Source: Batkoa obscura (lineage: Eukaryota). Taken from it: DNA of 64,000 nucleotides. Positions 63,368 to 64,000 of the stretch are shown piece by piece (the stretch's first letter is position 1; every line of letters starts with the position of its first letter). The stretch spans positions 806,001-870,000 of the forward strand of contig JASVEC010000015.1 of the NCBI GenBank assembly GCA_030770535.1. The letters are read 5' to 3'. The notes beneath the pieces were generated by a model. The model had not been told where the DNA came from and did no database searches. It saw nothing but the letters and a program-made list of their open reading frames with translations. The translations under genes and the position numbers were made by a program.

Positions 63368-64000
63368 ATATTGTGTTTTAGTGCAAAGTATAAAAAAACC
63401 TTTTAATATAATATTTTTTTTAGACTATTTTAAGATTATTTTTTAATAAAATTATCAAGTCTTTTTATAAATATCTTATAAAAATATATAGTAATATCTT
63501 TTATTTTATCTTATGTAATTTATAGTTTATTATATAAAAGTAAATAAATAATTTTTTTAATTAATAAGCTCTAATAACATAATCATAGCTAAAATAGATT
63601 CAAATTATAAAAAATAACATAACTAAAAAGTACTATTAAAAATATTTTTTCAAAAAAGCAGTTATAATTTAAAAGAATAGTAATATTAATATTAAATTCC
63701 CTTAACAAGTGCAAAATCTTTTACACCTTTTAAAATTTAATCTTATTTTGAAAAGAGCTATTACCAAGCTAATTTTTAAAAACAAGGTTATTTTGAACAA
63801 AATTTATTAGTAAAACTAAATTCGGAAAAAATCATGACAGGGTATCCTATATCCTGTCCTTGACGCCAAAAAGACTGGACAATATTATAAAAAAGCACAT
63901 TACCTAAAAGTTCCTAACCCTTTATATGTTAATAACTCTCAATACTTTCCATAAAAATACATAGCTCAACTATTTGATACTATGTAAATTTCTACAACTA

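Noticed and set aside
63836..63880. GACAGGGTAT-CCT-ATATCCTGTC hairpin plus CTGG as a Helitron 3' end
   Set aside because: Single occurrence, the CTRR is not followed by T, and no matching 5' end or Rep/Hel gene is in the window.

Overview
Very AT-rich eukaryotic DNA, almost certainly fungal. Short GT-AG introns (43-64 bp), a Zn(II)2Cys6 factor and intronless rhodopsin-like 7TM genes suggest an early-diverging fungus such as Entomophthoromycotina (inference). Host genes: a partial F-box/LRR gene, an ABCC/MRP transporter (7 introns), a catalase with a signal peptide, an Srs2/UvrD helicase, an atypical homeodomain protein, two GPCR-like genes, a Zn2Cys6 factor, a divergent pair of secreted histidine acid phosphatases and an acidic hypothetical protein. 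There are also two pseudogenes (DHA2-type MFS and TMEM135-like). Intergenic DNA is dominated by two transposon systems. (1) An apparently intact 2.44-kb Sola2-like DNA transposon (30960-33398; 22-bp imperfect TIRs, ATAT target duplication, 567-aa DDD transposase), with decayed copies and about 37 copies of a ~97-bp MITE that shares its GGGG-N-TGT termini and 4-bp, mostly ATAT, target. Two MITE insertions can be checked against a reconstructable empty site. (2) About 12 copies of a ~460-bp TGTGAAAT...ATTTCACA solo-LTR-like element in two subfamilies, with mostly 4-bp TSDs and two chimeric copies. No rRNA, tRNA or CRISPR was recognised. Coordinates were read by eye and may be off by a few bases.
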